Source of the DNA: an uncultured Clostridia bacterium
Lineage (GTDB): Bacteria > Bacillota > Clostridia > Christensenellales > JAWKQI01
Reading direction: 5' to 3'
Length of the DNA stretch: 32,000 nt
Assembly (NCBI GenBank): GCA_964453645.1
Contig: CAYVRJ010000001.1
Location: 106,301-138,300 of the forward strand
This document shows positions 1-9,387 of the stretch, in pieces (positions within the stretch are counted from its first letter, which is position 1; every line of letters starts with the position of its first letter). Position numbers and translations under genes: made by a program. Under the pieces are notes generated by a model. That model was not told where the DNA came from. It did not search any database and saw nothing but the letters and a program-made list of their open reading frames with translations.

Positions 1-13
1 AAGCCAAAAGGGG

Positions 14-1282
14 ATGAAAATAGAAATGAATAGTAGGGAAAAAATCCAAAATGCACTGAATCACAAAGAGGGAACCGTACCTGTGGATATGGGCAGTCTG
101 CCCGTTACAGGCTTGCATGTGAGCCTTGTTTCTAAACTGCGGGATTACTTGGGGTTGGAGAAGAGAATCTCTAAAGTGTTGGAGCCGTATCAAATGCTGG
201 GGGTTGTTGAGGACGATCTTCGGGATGCACTGGGCATCGACACCCAGCCGCTGTGGGGCAGCGGAAGCCTCATCGGCAAGTGGGACACGGGAAACTGGGT
301 GGAATGGTTGGCCCCCTGGGGGGAGACCGTGCTGGTTTCGGACAAGTTTGTCACCAAGCAAGAGGGTGAAAGGATTTACACCTATGCAGACGGGGACACA
401 AACTATCCGCCGACAGCCGTGATGGCACTGCCCTCCTATTTCTTTGATGCGATCATCTATCAGGATGAAATCGACGACGACAACTTAAACCCCCAGGACA
501 ACTTGGCGGAATATTCGGAGATCGACAGCAGCGAACTGTTGAGATATAAACAAAAAATTGAAGAATTAAAGAAAAAGCCGTATAGCATTTCGGCAAACTT
601 TGGCGGAACAGCCTTTGGGGACATTGCAATGATTCCCGGCTCCATGTTAAAGGAAAAGAAGGGCATTCGGGATATCGAGGAGTGGTACGTTTCTTTGGCC
701 ATTCGTCAGGACTACATCCACAAAGTGTTTGAGGGGCAGTGTGAGATTGCGCTCAAAAATCTACAAAAAGTGTATGAAACAGTGGGGGACGACATTTCTG
801 TCGCCATGGTGTGTGGAACGGACTTTGGCACACAGCACTCCACCTTCTGCTCCCCCGATACGTTTAGAAGTTTGTACATGCCCTACTACAAGCAAATCAA
901 CGAATGGATTCACAAAAACACCAATTGGAAGACATTTAAACACTCCTGCGGTGCGGTGTTCCCCCTGGTGGAATGTATGATCGAAGCAGGGTTCGACATC
1001 ATCAACCCCGTGCAGTGGACAGCCAACGGCATGGAGGCGAAAAACTTAAAGGCAACCTTTGGCAAGGACATGACCTTCTGGGGAGGCGGAGTCGATACCC
1101 AATCCACACTGCCCTTTAAATCCCCCGAGGACGTGAGAAGAGAAGTGCTCACCATGCTGGAGGTGCTGGCAAAGGACGGGGGATATGTGTTTAACTCCAT
1201 CCACAACCTGTTGTCCAACTCCCCTGTGGAAAACATTGTGGCCATGTTCAGCGCTGTAAAAGAGTTTAATTCAATGAAATAA
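14..1282 (+). CDS. Uroporphyrinogen decarboxylase-like / MtaA-CmuA methyltransferase-family protein
   Basis: 422 aa ORF starting MNSREKIQNALNHKEGTVPVDMG; HSCG metal-site-like motif (TFKHSCGAVFPLVECMIEAGFDIINPVQ) typical of the UROD/MtaA/CmuA family. The internal ATG at 26 is an alternative start. Confidence 0.85.
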   Translation: MKIEMNSREKIQNALNHKEGTVPVDMGSLPVTGLHVSLVSKLRDYLGLEKRISKVLEPYQMLGVVEDDLRDALGIDTQPLWGSGSLIGKWDTGNWVEWLAPWGETVLVSDKFVTKQEGERIYTYADGDTNYPPTAVMALPSYFFDAIIYQDEIDDDNLNPQDNLAEYSEIDSSELLRYKQKIEELKKKPYSISANFGGTAFGDIAMIPGSMLKEKKGIRDIEEWYVSLAIRQDYIHKVFEGQCEIALKNLQKVYETVGDDISVAMVCGTDFGTQHSTFCSPDTFRSLYMPYYKQINEWIHKNTNWKTFKHSCGAVFPLVECMIEAGFDIINPVQWTANGMEAKNLKATFGKDMTFWGGGVDTQSTLPFKSPEDVRREVLTMLEVLAKDGGYVFNSIHNLLSNSPVENIVAMFSAVKEFNSMK

Positions 1283-1308
1283 TATTATTCTGAAAGGAAC
1301 CAAAAGAC

Positions 1309-2448
1309 ATGAAGAAAATGCGAGCAGGAATTATCGGAGTAGGATTTATTGGTGCAGTACACGTGGAACAGTTGCGCAGACTGGGTAACGTTGAGGTGGT
1401 TGCGATTACCGACTTCCCCAACGCCCAGGGTAAGGCAGATGCGTTGTGTGTGCCCAAGGGTTACGAAGACTACAAAGAGATGATAGATAAGGAAAATCTG
1501 GATTGCGTGCACATCTGCACCCCCAACAACACCCACTACGAGATGGCCATGTATGCCATGAACAAGGGTGTCCACGTGGTGTGCGAAAAACCCATGACCA
1601 CCACCCTGCAAGAAGCACAGGAGCTGGAAGCAACTCTGCGCAAAAACAAACTGGTGGGCGCAATCAACTTAAACTGCCGGTTCTACCCAATGGCTTATCA
1701 GATCAGAGAGATGATCAAGAGCGGAGAGCTGGGTGAGATCTATACCATCTCCGGGGGATATTTGCAGGATTGGCTGTTCCTAGACACCGACTACAACTGG
1801 CGGTTAGAGCCCGAACTCTCGGGTATTTCCCGTGCGTTTTCGGACATCGGCTCCCACTGGATCGATTTGGTGGAGTTTGTCAGCGGACTCAAGGCAGAAA
1901 AAGTGCTGGCAGACTTTGCAACCTTCCACAAGACCAGAAAGAAACCCACAAAACCCATCGAGACGTTTTCCAACATGTCCCTGCGCCCCGAGGATTTCGA
2001 GACGGTTGCCATCAACACCGAGGACTACTGCAACGTGCTCTTTAAGATGGAAGGGGAGACCCGTGCGTGCTGCAACATCAGCCAGGTGTGCGCTGGACGT
2101 AAGAACCAAATTTCCCTGTCCATTGCAGGTTCCAAGTGCTCGGTTCACTGGAACAGCGAAAACTCCAACGAACTGTGGATTGGCAGAAGAGATCGGGACA
2201 ACGGCTTGTTGGCAAAAGACCCATCTATTTTAAACGATGCAACTCGCAAGGTGATTTCCTATCCCGGCGGACACGTGGAAGGATTCCCCGATACATTCAA
2301 ACAAAACTTCAAGAGCATCTACAGCGCCATTGCAAACAACCAGACCACAGGCGGAGATTTTGCAAACTTCGAAGACGGCGTGAGAGAAATGCTGCTCTGT
2401 GAAAAAGTTGTGCAGAGTGCAGCGGAGGAACGCTGGATCACCATTTAG
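1309..2448 (+). CDS. Gfo/Idh/MocA-family NAD(P)-dependent oxidoreductase
   Basis: N-terminal Rossmann motif GVGFIGAVHVEQL, then HICTPNNTHYEMAMYAMNKGVHVVCEKPMTTTLQEAQEL (EKP motif), 379 aa. Confidence 0.93.
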   Translation: MKKMRAGIIGVGFIGAVHVEQLRRLGNVEVVAITDFPNAQGKADALCVPKGYEDYKEMIDKENLDCVHICTPNNTHYEMAMYAMNKGVHVVCEKPMTTTLQEAQELEATLRKNKLVGAINLNCRFYPMAYQIREMIKSGELGEIYTISGGYLQDWLFLDTDYNWRLEPELSGISRAFSDIGSHWIDLVEFVSGLKAEKVLADFATFHKTRKKPTKPIETFSNMSLRPEDFETVAINTEDYCNVLFKMEGETRACCNISQVCAGRKNQISLSIAGSKCSVHWNSENSNELWIGRRDRDNGLLAKDPSILNDATRKVISYPGGHVEGFPDTFKQNFKSIYSAIANNQTTGGDFANFEDGVREMLLCEKVVQSAAEERWITI

Positions 2449-2460
2449 TGAGGTTTACAC

Positions 2461-3309
2461 ATGAAAATTGGAACACTGGCAGATTGGTTTGGCGTTGGTG
2501 TCATTGAGGGCATCCGTTTGTCGGAGCGGTGCGGCGCACAGGGCGTGCAGATTTATGCTTGGAACGAGCTGGATCCCCGCACTGTAACAAAAGAGATCAT
2601 AGACACAGTCAAAAAGACCGTGAGAGAATGCAACCAGGAGGTCACCGCCCTTTGCGGTGAGCTTCATGGTCACGGCTTTGAAATTGAGGCCGAAAATGCA
2701 ACCAAGATCGAGTATTTAAAAAAGACAATCGATTTGGCGCTGGATTTTCATTGCACCATCGTCACCACCCACATCGGGCGGATTCCGAAAGATACGGCTT
2801 CTTCTCGGTATCAGGTAATGCTGGATGCTTGTTTAGAAGTGGGTGAATATGCAAAGAAGATGGGTGCCCGCGTTGCTGTTGAAACCGGGCCCGAACCGGT
2901 TGAACGATTGGTGGCCTTTTGCAAACAGTGCCCCGGCATCGCCATTAACTACGACCCAGCGAATTTGGTGATGGTCACGAAAGACGATGAAGTGAAGGGT
3001 GTTGCAACTGCCAAGGACTTTATTGTGCACACCCACGCCAAAGACGGCATTATGAAACAGTATTTGGGCACCGAAGAAGTATACGAAGCCTTTGCCAACG
3101 GCGGGGTGGAGGAGATTACCAAGATGTCGGACTATTTCCAAGAAATGCCCTTGGGGGGCGGACAAGTTCGCTTTAAAGAATACCTCATGGCGTTAAAGGA
3201 GATCGGCTACAACGGTTTTCTCACCATCGAGCGGGAAGTGAAGGAAAACGCTGCCAAGGATATTGAAATGGCGGTAGGGTTTTTAAAGAACTTACTCAAA
3301 GAGATTTAG
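2461..3309 (+). CDS. Sugar phosphate isomerase/epimerase family protein (TIM barrel, AP endonuclease 2-like fold)
   Basis: 282 aa; TIM-barrel pattern with VETGPEPVERL, INYDPANLVM, FIVHTHAKD, FLTIERE. Confidence 0.85.
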   Translation: MKIGTLADWFGVGVIEGIRLSERCGAQGVQIYAWNELDPRTVTKEIIDTVKKTVRECNQEVTALCGELHGHGFEIEAENATKIEYLKKTIDLALDFHCTIVTTHIGRIPKDTASSRYQVMLDACLEVGEYAKKMGARVAVETGPEPVERLVAFCKQCPGIAINYDPANLVMVTKDDEVKGVATAKDFIVHTHAKDGIMKQYLGTEEVYEAFANGGVEEITKMSDYFQEMPLGGGQVRFKEYLMALKEIGYNGFLTIEREVKENAAKDIEMAVGFLKNLLKEI

Positions 3310-3361
3310 GAAGAACAGGTTGGCGTGAAAGAGTTTCACGGCTAATGGAAGGGAGTTTTTT

Positions 3362-4276
3362 ATGATGAAATTAGGACTTGTTTCGGCAATACTGCCCGAC
3401 AACACCTTTGAAGAGGTCATAGATTTTGCTGCAAAGGTTGGATTTTCTTGCGTTGAAGTTTGCTGCTGGCCAAAAGGTAAGGCGGCGAGACGGTATGCGG
3501 GTATCACCCACATCGACTTGAGTGATCTGGATCAGGCTAAGATGGACTATTATTTAAACTATGCCAAGGAACGGGGAGTGGAGATCAGCTCTCTTGGGTA
3601 CTACCCCAACCCCCTAGACCCGGATACCGAGGCCAGAAGTACGGCCATTGATCACATTATGGCCCTCATCGATGCTTCGGCGCAAATGGGCATCAACATG
3701 ATCACCACCTTTATTGGCAAAGATAAAAACAAGACGGTGGATGAAAATTTAGAGCTGTACAAAGAGATTTGGACGCCCATCGTAAAATACGCTGAATCAA
3801 AGAAGGTGCGCATCGGCATTGAAAACTGCCCCATGCTCTACACAGTCAACGAGTGGCCGGGTGGGGTGAACCTTGCCAGCACACCCTATGTTTGGAAGAA
3901 GATGTTTGAGCTGATTCCAAGCGACTATCTGGGCTTAAACTACGATCCCTCCCACCCCTATTTGATTCAGATGGATTATATTCAGCCCGTCTACGACTTT
4001 AAGGATAAGATATTCCACGTCCACTTTAAGGACATTAAGATTTTTAAGGACAAACTCAACGAGTACGGCATCTATGCATATCCCACCCTGTGGCACTCTC
4101 CCAAATTACCCGGCATGGGGGGCGTGGACTTTGGTGCGTTCTGCTCGGCGCTCAACGACATCCGCTACAGCGGCCCCGCCTGCATCGAGGTGGAGGACAG
4201 AGCGTTTGAGGGTTGTTTAGACGACGTCAAGCGGGGTATCGAACAGAGCTACCGCTTCATGAAACAATACGTATGA
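3362..4276 (+). CDS. Sugar phosphate isomerase/epimerase family protein (TIM barrel)
   Basis: 304 aa; GFSCVEVCCW, IGIENCPML, LGLNYDPSHP, IFHVHFKDIK, ACIEVEDRAFEG; RBS GGGAG upstream of the ATG. Confidence 0.87.
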   Translation: MMKLGLVSAILPDNTFEEVIDFAAKVGFSCVEVCCWPKGKAARRYAGITHIDLSDLDQAKMDYYLNYAKERGVEISSLGYYPNPLDPDTEARSTAIDHIMALIDASAQMGINMITTFIGKDKNKTVDENLELYKEIWTPIVKYAESKKVRIGIENCPMLYTVNEWPGGVNLASTPYVWKKMFELIPSDYLGLNYDPSHPYLIQMDYIQPVYDFKDKIFHVHFKDIKIFKDKLNEYGIYAYPTLWHSPKLPGMGGVDFGAFCSALNDIRYSGPACIEVEDRAFEGCLDDVKRGIEQSYRFMKQYV

Positions 4277-5085
4277 TCGAAGTAAAAAACCTCACAAAAA
4301 CCTACGGCGTTCAGCGGGGTATAGAAAATATAAACTTTTTCATGGGCAAAGGTGAGGTAGTGGGCTTGCTGGGACTAAACGGTGCCGGCAAGTCTACGAC
4401 CATGAATATACTCTCGGGGTGTATGGGGGCATCGTCGGGTCATGTAACCATCGACGGCATCGATCTGTTTGCAGAGCCCGCAAAAGCCAAGGTTAAAATT
4501 GGCTACCTCCCCGAGATACCCCCCCTGTATCTGGATATGCGGGTGTGTGAATATTTAAACTTTGTGTTTGAACTCAAAGGTGTTAAAAAACACTCCTTTG
4601 ACAGCATTTGCACACAGGTGGGGATAGACGGCATAAAAAAACGGCTGATAAAAAACCTGTCCAAAGGGTATCGCCAGCGGGTGGGGTTGGCAGCAGCTCT
4701 GGTGGGCGATCCGGAGATTCTCATTTTAGACGAACCCACCGTGGGGCTGGACCCAACCCAAATCATAGAGATTCGTAATTTAATCTTAAGCTTGGGTAAG
4801 AACAGGACAGTCATCCTCTCCTCCCATATTTTAAGTGAAATTGAAGCTGTGTGCAGCAGAGTTTTTGTAATTCATCAGGGTAAACTCATCACAGACGATA
4901 CCCCGGAAAATCTTGTGCAAAAGCTCAACCCAAAAAACGTATGCCTTGCGCAGATCGAAGGAAAGTTGGAGGACGTGCAAAAGGCACTGCTCGATGCGGG
5001 TATATCCGTTCAGTCCCTTCGCCCTGCAAACATTTCCTTTGAAGAGGCATTTTTAAATGTAGTTGGAAAGGGGGAAAGGCTGTGA
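4273..5085 (+). CDS. ABC transporter ATP-binding protein (GldA/ABC-2 type)
   Basis: Walker A GLNGAGKST, signature LSKGYRQRVGLA, Walker B ILILDEPT. Start moved to the ATG at 4273 (MIEVKNLTKTYG), overlapping the previous stop as ATGA; the ORF-track TTG start at 4213 lies inside the upstream gene. Confidence 0.94.
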   Translation: MIEVKNLTKTYGVQRGIENINFFMGKGEVVGLLGLNGAGKSTTMNILSGCMGASSGHVTIDGIDLFAEPAKAKVKIGYLPEIPPLYLDMRVCEYLNFVFELKGVKKHSFDSICTQVGIDGIKKRLIKNLSKGYRQRVGLAAALVGDPEILILDEPTVGLDPTQIIEIRNLILSLGKNRTVILSSHILSEIEAVCSRVFVIHQGKLITDDTPENLVQKLNPKNVCLAQIEGKLEDVQKALLDAGISVQSLRPANISFEEAFLNVVGKGERL

Positions 5086-5786
5086 TTGCTGTTTTTAAGC
5101 GTGAATTTATGGCATATTTTCGTTCGCCGCTGGGTTATGTGTTTATTGCGGCGTACTATTTGCTGTCCGGATTTTTCTTCTTTAACTACAACCTATACGG
5201 CAACTCCACCGATATGCGCTCCCTGTTTTCGGTGTTGTTCACCGTGACATTGTTTTTAATACCCATCCTCACCATGAGGCTTTTTTCAGAAGATAAGCGG
5301 CAAAAGACCGATCAAATATTACTCATGTCTCCCGTTTCATCCACAGGTATTGTCCTTGGGAAATATTTGTCCGCCATTTGCGTCTACTTTATTGCCATGG
5401 CTGTGACACTCATCATGGCCGTAGTGCTTTCCATCGTCTCGCGCCCCGAGTGGCCGGTGATTATCGGGCACTTTATCGGGTTGTTTTTGCTGGGTTGTGG
5501 ACTCATTGCCATTGGCATGTTTATATCCTCTCTCACCGAAAACCAAATCATTGCGGCAGTGGGTGGGTTTGTGACAGGGTTTTTCCTCATGCTCTTAAAC
5601 TCCTTAGCAGCTATGATCGACACAAAATTGCTCTCCGATTTCGTATTAAGCCTTTCCTTTCAGCAGCGGTATCAATCGTTTACACTGGGAATCTTAAACG
5701 CCTCGGACATTTTCTTTTTTATCAGCGTGGTTGCGATCTTTGTGTTTTTCACAGTCTTTCGGTTTTATAAGCGCAGGATAGAGTAG
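5082..5786 (+). CDS. ABC transporter permease (ABC-2/GldF-like)
   Basis: 234 aa, multiple TM segments, starts MIAVFKREFMAYFRSPLGYVF, typical of GldF-like permeases; GTG start overlapping the upstream stop. Confidence 0.9.
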   Translation: MIAVFKREFMAYFRSPLGYVFIAAYYLLSGFFFFNYNLYGNSTDMRSLFSVLFTVTLFLIPILTMRLFSEDKRQKTDQILLMSPVSSTGIVLGKYLSAICVYFIAMAVTLIMAVVLSIVSRPEWPVIIGHFIGLFLLGCGLIAIGMFISSLTENQIIAAVGGFVTGFFLMLLNSLAAMIDTKLLSDFVLSLSFQQRYQSFTLGILNASDIFFFISVVAIFVFFTVFRFYKRRIE

Positions 5787-5788
5787 AG

Positions 5789-7222
5789 GTGTACATGAAG
5801 AGTAAAAAAAGTTTCCATATAGTACTGGTGATTTTGGTGGTAGCGTGTGTGTTTGTATTAAACATCGCAGTGGGGGTGTTTACCCAGCGCTACAAATTGG
5901 AGGCAGATCTCACCAGCGCACAAATATACAGCATATCCGACAAAACGGCACAAGCCCTCACTTCCTTAAAAAAGCAAGTGGACATCAACATGTTAGCTAA
6001 GGAAGAGACGTTTGTCTCCACCTCTGCGTATAACGCACAGGCCAATGAAATATTAAAACAATTTGATGGCGTTTCACAAAAGGTGACACTGCATTATATT
6101 GATTATGTAAAAAACCCTGGATTTGCAGCCAATTATCCCGATGTATCCATGAAACACGGGGATATCTTGGTGGTGTCGGGGGACAACCATTCCCTTGTGA
6201 AAACCGAAGATTTATTCAATTACGCCACGGGGCAGGGGGGGCTGGCGATTGCTTCCTCTAAGGCCGAAGAGGCCGTGCTCAGTGCGGTGCTCAGCGCCAC
6301 CAGCGACAAAAAGCCCTTGGTGTCCGTGGTCACAGGCCATGGGGAATACACCATGCAAAGCTTTGAGGAGCTGCTCAAGCGAAACAACTACGAGTTGACA
6401 TACGAAAACTTATTGGTGGGGGGCATTAGCAGCGAAGCAGCTTTTGTTGTGCTCATCGCACCCAAAACCGACCTCTCCCCCGAGGAGCTGAAGAAACTGG
6501 ACAGCTTCCTTGAAAACGGTGGGTTATACGGCAAGACCTTGTATTACTTTGCAGATATTTCCCAGCCAACGCTGCCGAATATCGAAACGTTTTTGGCAGA
6601 GTGGGGGCTGCGCATTCACTTAGGTTCAGTGTTTGAGACGGATGAAACGAAGGTATATAACTATCAGCCATTTTATGCAGTGGCCGAGTATGTGGACTAT
6701 ACCTACGCCGATATGTTGCTTACTCAAAACAAACCCTTGCTCATGCCGCTGTGCCGCCCCATTTCTGCCCTGTTTACCAGCAAGGTGGACTACACCACCA
6801 AGGTGTTGACCCAGTTTTCTAAAACCAGTGGCATTCGCCCCGACGATGCGGACGAAAACTTTACTGCCGAAATGGCAACGCAGCGGGGCCCGTTTAGTGC
6901 ATGGATGATATCCACCCACTCGGTGCGGTCGGGAGAAGAGATTAAAAAATCCAACGTGGTGTTGTCCGGTTCCACGGCAATGCTGGACACCTATGCCATG
7001 GACAACGCTTCCTTTGCAAACGCCCAGTACTTGATCAATTTGTTTAACGATCTGGCGGGCAGAGAGGATGTCATACAAGTAACCCCCAAGACGATCACGG
7101 GTAACAGCTTAAATTTAACCCAGAGCACTGTGGATATCATTGGTTCCGTCTTTGTGTTCGTATTACCCCCTGCCCTCCTAGTTCTGGGGCTGATCGTTTG
7201 GCTGAGGAGGAGACACACATAA
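5789..7222 (+). CDS. GldG-family ABC transporter accessory protein
   Basis: 477 aa; N-terminal TM, then DLTSAQIYSISDKTAQAL, VSVVTGHGEYTM and a C-terminal TM anchor. Actual start may be the ATG at 5795. Confidence 0.87.
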   Translation: MYMKSKKSFHIVLVILVVACVFVLNIAVGVFTQRYKLEADLTSAQIYSISDKTAQALTSLKKQVDINMLAKEETFVSTSAYNAQANEILKQFDGVSQKVTLHYIDYVKNPGFAANYPDVSMKHGDILVVSGDNHSLVKTEDLFNYATGQGGLAIASSKAEEAVLSAVLSATSDKKPLVSVVTGHGEYTMQSFEELLKRNNYELTYENLLVGGISSEAAFVVLIAPKTDLSPEELKKLDSFLENGGLYGKTLYYFADISQPTLPNIETFLAEWGLRIHLGSVFETDETKVYNYQPFYAVAEYVDYTYADMLLTQNKPLLMPLCRPISALFTSKVDYTTKVLTQFSKTSGIRPDDADENFTAEMATQRGPFSAWMISTHSVRSGEEIKKSNVVLSGSTAMLDTYAMDNASFANAQYLINLFNDLAGREDVIQVTPKTITGNSLNLTQSTVDIIGSVFVFVLPPALLVLGLIVWLRRRHT

Positions 7223-7224
7223 AC

Positions 7225-8634
7225 ATGAGCAAACAGGCAAAGACAATTTTTATACTGGGTGTGGTGCTGTTCGTGGCAGCCGTTGTCACCGTCATCGCAC
7301 TGACAATACCCGAAGTGAATGAACAAACCCAAGACCAACCTGTGCTGCTGGTGAATAAAACCATCAACGATGTGGCACGGGTGAATGTAACCAACAAGCT
7401 GTGCACCTATTCCGCCTGGCGGGAGGGCAACGGTTATACATTAGAGGACATTCCCCCCGAGAGCCTCAACATTGAATATTTAGGTATGCTGCTGGACGAG
7501 AGCAGCAAGATTGAATATGTGCGCGAAGTGGGCAGGGGAAACTTTGCCGACTACGGGTTAAACGACCCCGAGGCCACGGTGGACATTCAGTACACCGATG
7601 GGCAGGAAATGACACTGCTCTTAGGAGACCGGGAACAGTTGTCCGACGGACGGTATTTTGCGGTGAAAGGGGGAGAGGACGTCTATCTCATGGACAACAG
7701 CCGCTCCATTCGCTTCACCATGGACATTAAGAAATATATCGACTACGTGATTATTCCCCCAAGGGTGGAACCGTCGGTGATGGGTGCAATTTTAGATATT
7801 TCCTTTGAGGGTAAGGAATTTGAAAAACCCATCCGCATTCGTTCCATTGCCGGGGGCGACCCGGAGGTTGTGTCTCGTGCAGCCAGCTTTGGGGTTACCA
7901 CCCACATCATGGAAAGTCCCAACCTTCACGGGGTGGACTTAACCCAGGCAAACCAAATCTTTGGTTCCCTCACGGGTATGATCACCGATGGTGTCCTCGC
8001 ATACAATTGCAGCCAAGAGGAGCTTGCAAAGTATGGGTTAAACGACCCACGGCTCACCGTGCGCTACACCTACAAAAACGGCAAGGATGCAACCCCCGAG
8101 GAATTTCTCCTCAAAGTAGCAGACTATCAGGGCACCGAAGTGATGACCAAAAACGACGAGGGTATCGTCTATACAATATCCGAAGCACCCTTTACCAGCG
8201 CCAGTTATGAAAAATTAGTGGCAAAGCGGTTTTTAATGCCCATCATATTGGACGTTTCGGGAGTGGAAATTAAAACCCCCAATGAAACCTATCAATTTGA
8301 ACTGTTGGGTGAGCAGAGTAAGGATCTATCCGTTTTATTAAGTGGCAAACCGGTGGACACAGCACTGTTTCGCACGTTTTATAACTTGTTGGTATCCATT
8401 GACCACGACGGACGTTTGGTTCAAAATACAAAGACCAGTGGGGAACCCATCCTCACCATCACATATCGGTATAGAGATAAAACAAAGGGGGATGATACCA
8501 TGGAGTTTTACCCCGGCAGCTTGCGGCGCACCCTCGTTTCGGTGAACGGGGTGAGTGAGTTTGAAACCAACGAAAAGTTTCAAACAGAGATTTTAACAGA
8601 ATTAAACAAACTAATAAAGGAGACACAGCAATGA
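7225..8634 (+). CDS. DUF4340 domain-containing protein
   Basis: Single N-terminal TM followed by a repeated YGLNDP pattern typical of DUF4340; genomic position after GldF/GldG. The ATG at 7225 has an upstream GGAGGAG-type RBS. Confidence 0.82.
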   Translation: MSKQAKTIFILGVVLFVAAVVTVIALTIPEVNEQTQDQPVLLVNKTINDVARVNVTNKLCTYSAWREGNGYTLEDIPPESLNIEYLGMLLDESSKIEYVREVGRGNFADYGLNDPEATVDIQYTDGQEMTLLLGDREQLSDGRYFAVKGGEDVYLMDNSRSIRFTMDIKKYIDYVIIPPRVEPSVMGAILDISFEGKEFEKPIRIRSIAGGDPEVVSRAASFGVTTHIMESPNLHGVDLTQANQIFGSLTGMITDGVLAYNCSQEELAKYGLNDPRLTVRYTYKNGKDATPEEFLLKVADYQGTEVMTKNDEGIVYTISEAPFTSASYEKLVAKRFLMPIILDVSGVEIKTPNETYQFELLGEQSKDLSVLLSGKPVDTALFRTFYNLLVSIDHDGRLVQNTKTSGEPILTITYRYRDKTKGDDTMEFYPGSLRRTLVSVNGVSEFETNEKFQTEILTELNKLIKETQQ

Positions 8635-9374
8635 CAAAAGTGACAGCAAAGGACATCGCAAAGATGATCGACCATTCCCTCTTAAAACCCGAGATGACCA
8701 AACAGCAGGTGGAGGAGGGCTGCAAATTAGCAGCAAAATACGACTGCGCCACAGTGTGCGTGAAACCTTGCGACGTGGAACTGGCATACTCCATATTAAA
8801 AGACACCGATGTGCTCACCACCACGGTAATTGGTTTCCCCCACGGCTCCAATTTACCCGAAGTTAAGTTGCTTGAAGCGAAAATTGCTATGGATCAGGGC
8901 TGCAAGGAACTGGATTTTGTGCTCAACATCGGCAGGTTAAAGTCCGGCGACTACGATTTGGTAGGAGCAGACTTAAAGGCAGTGGTCGATGCTGCCCACG
9001 CCCGGAACGTGATCGTTAAAGTGATATTCGAAAACTTTTATTTAACAGATGAGGAGAAGGTGAAGGCTTGTGAAATTTGCACCCGCACGGGAGCAGACAT
9101 GACCAAAACCTCCACGGGGTATGCAGGCGGCGGTGCCACCATTCCCGATTTGCGGCTCATGCGTGCCAACACCCCCATGACCATGCAGGTAAAAGCGGCT
9201 GGCGGCGTGCGGACGCTGGATGCTGCGCTAAACATTCGTTCCATTGGCGTATCTCGGTTTGGCTGCACAACAACGGCAACGATTATGGAAGATGCATATG
9301 AGCGGGAAGCAAAGGGCACCCTCACCCTGCCAAATCCCGACAGCGTGAAAGAACTTTCGTCCACAGAGTATTGA
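8631..9374 (+). CDS. deoC: Deoxyribose-phosphate aldolase
   Basis: 247 aa; IDHSLLKPEMTKQQVEEGC, CVKPCDVELA, VIGFPHGSN, DFVLNIGRLKSGDY, VIVKVIFEN, DMTKTSTGYAGGGAT, VKAAGGVRTLD. Confidence 0.95.
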   Translation: MTKVTAKDIAKMIDHSLLKPEMTKQQVEEGCKLAAKYDCATVCVKPCDVELAYSILKDTDVLTTTVIGFPHGSNLPEVKLLEAKIAMDQGCKELDFVLNIGRLKSGDYDLVGADLKAVVDAAHARNVIVKVIFENFYLTDEEKVKACEICTRTGADMTKTSTGYAGGGATIPDLRLMRANTPMTMQVKAAGGVRTLDAALNIRSIGVSRFGCTTTATIMEDAYEREAKGTLTLPNPDSVKELSSTEY

Positions 9375-9387
9375 TTCAGCGTTGGTT

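Noticed and set aside
126-422. 98-aa + strand ORF within the UroD-like gene
   Set aside because: Out-of-frame Trp/Arg/Gly-rich translation within a convincing longer CDS.
6626-7078. 150-aa antisense ORF within the GldG-family gene
   Set aside because: Antisense to a strongly supported CDS, no recognisable domain, no RBS; ordinary shadow ORF.
8459-8851. 130-aa antisense ORF across the DUF4340/deoC junction
   Set aside because: Covers the overlap of two supported genes and has no RBS or domain signal.
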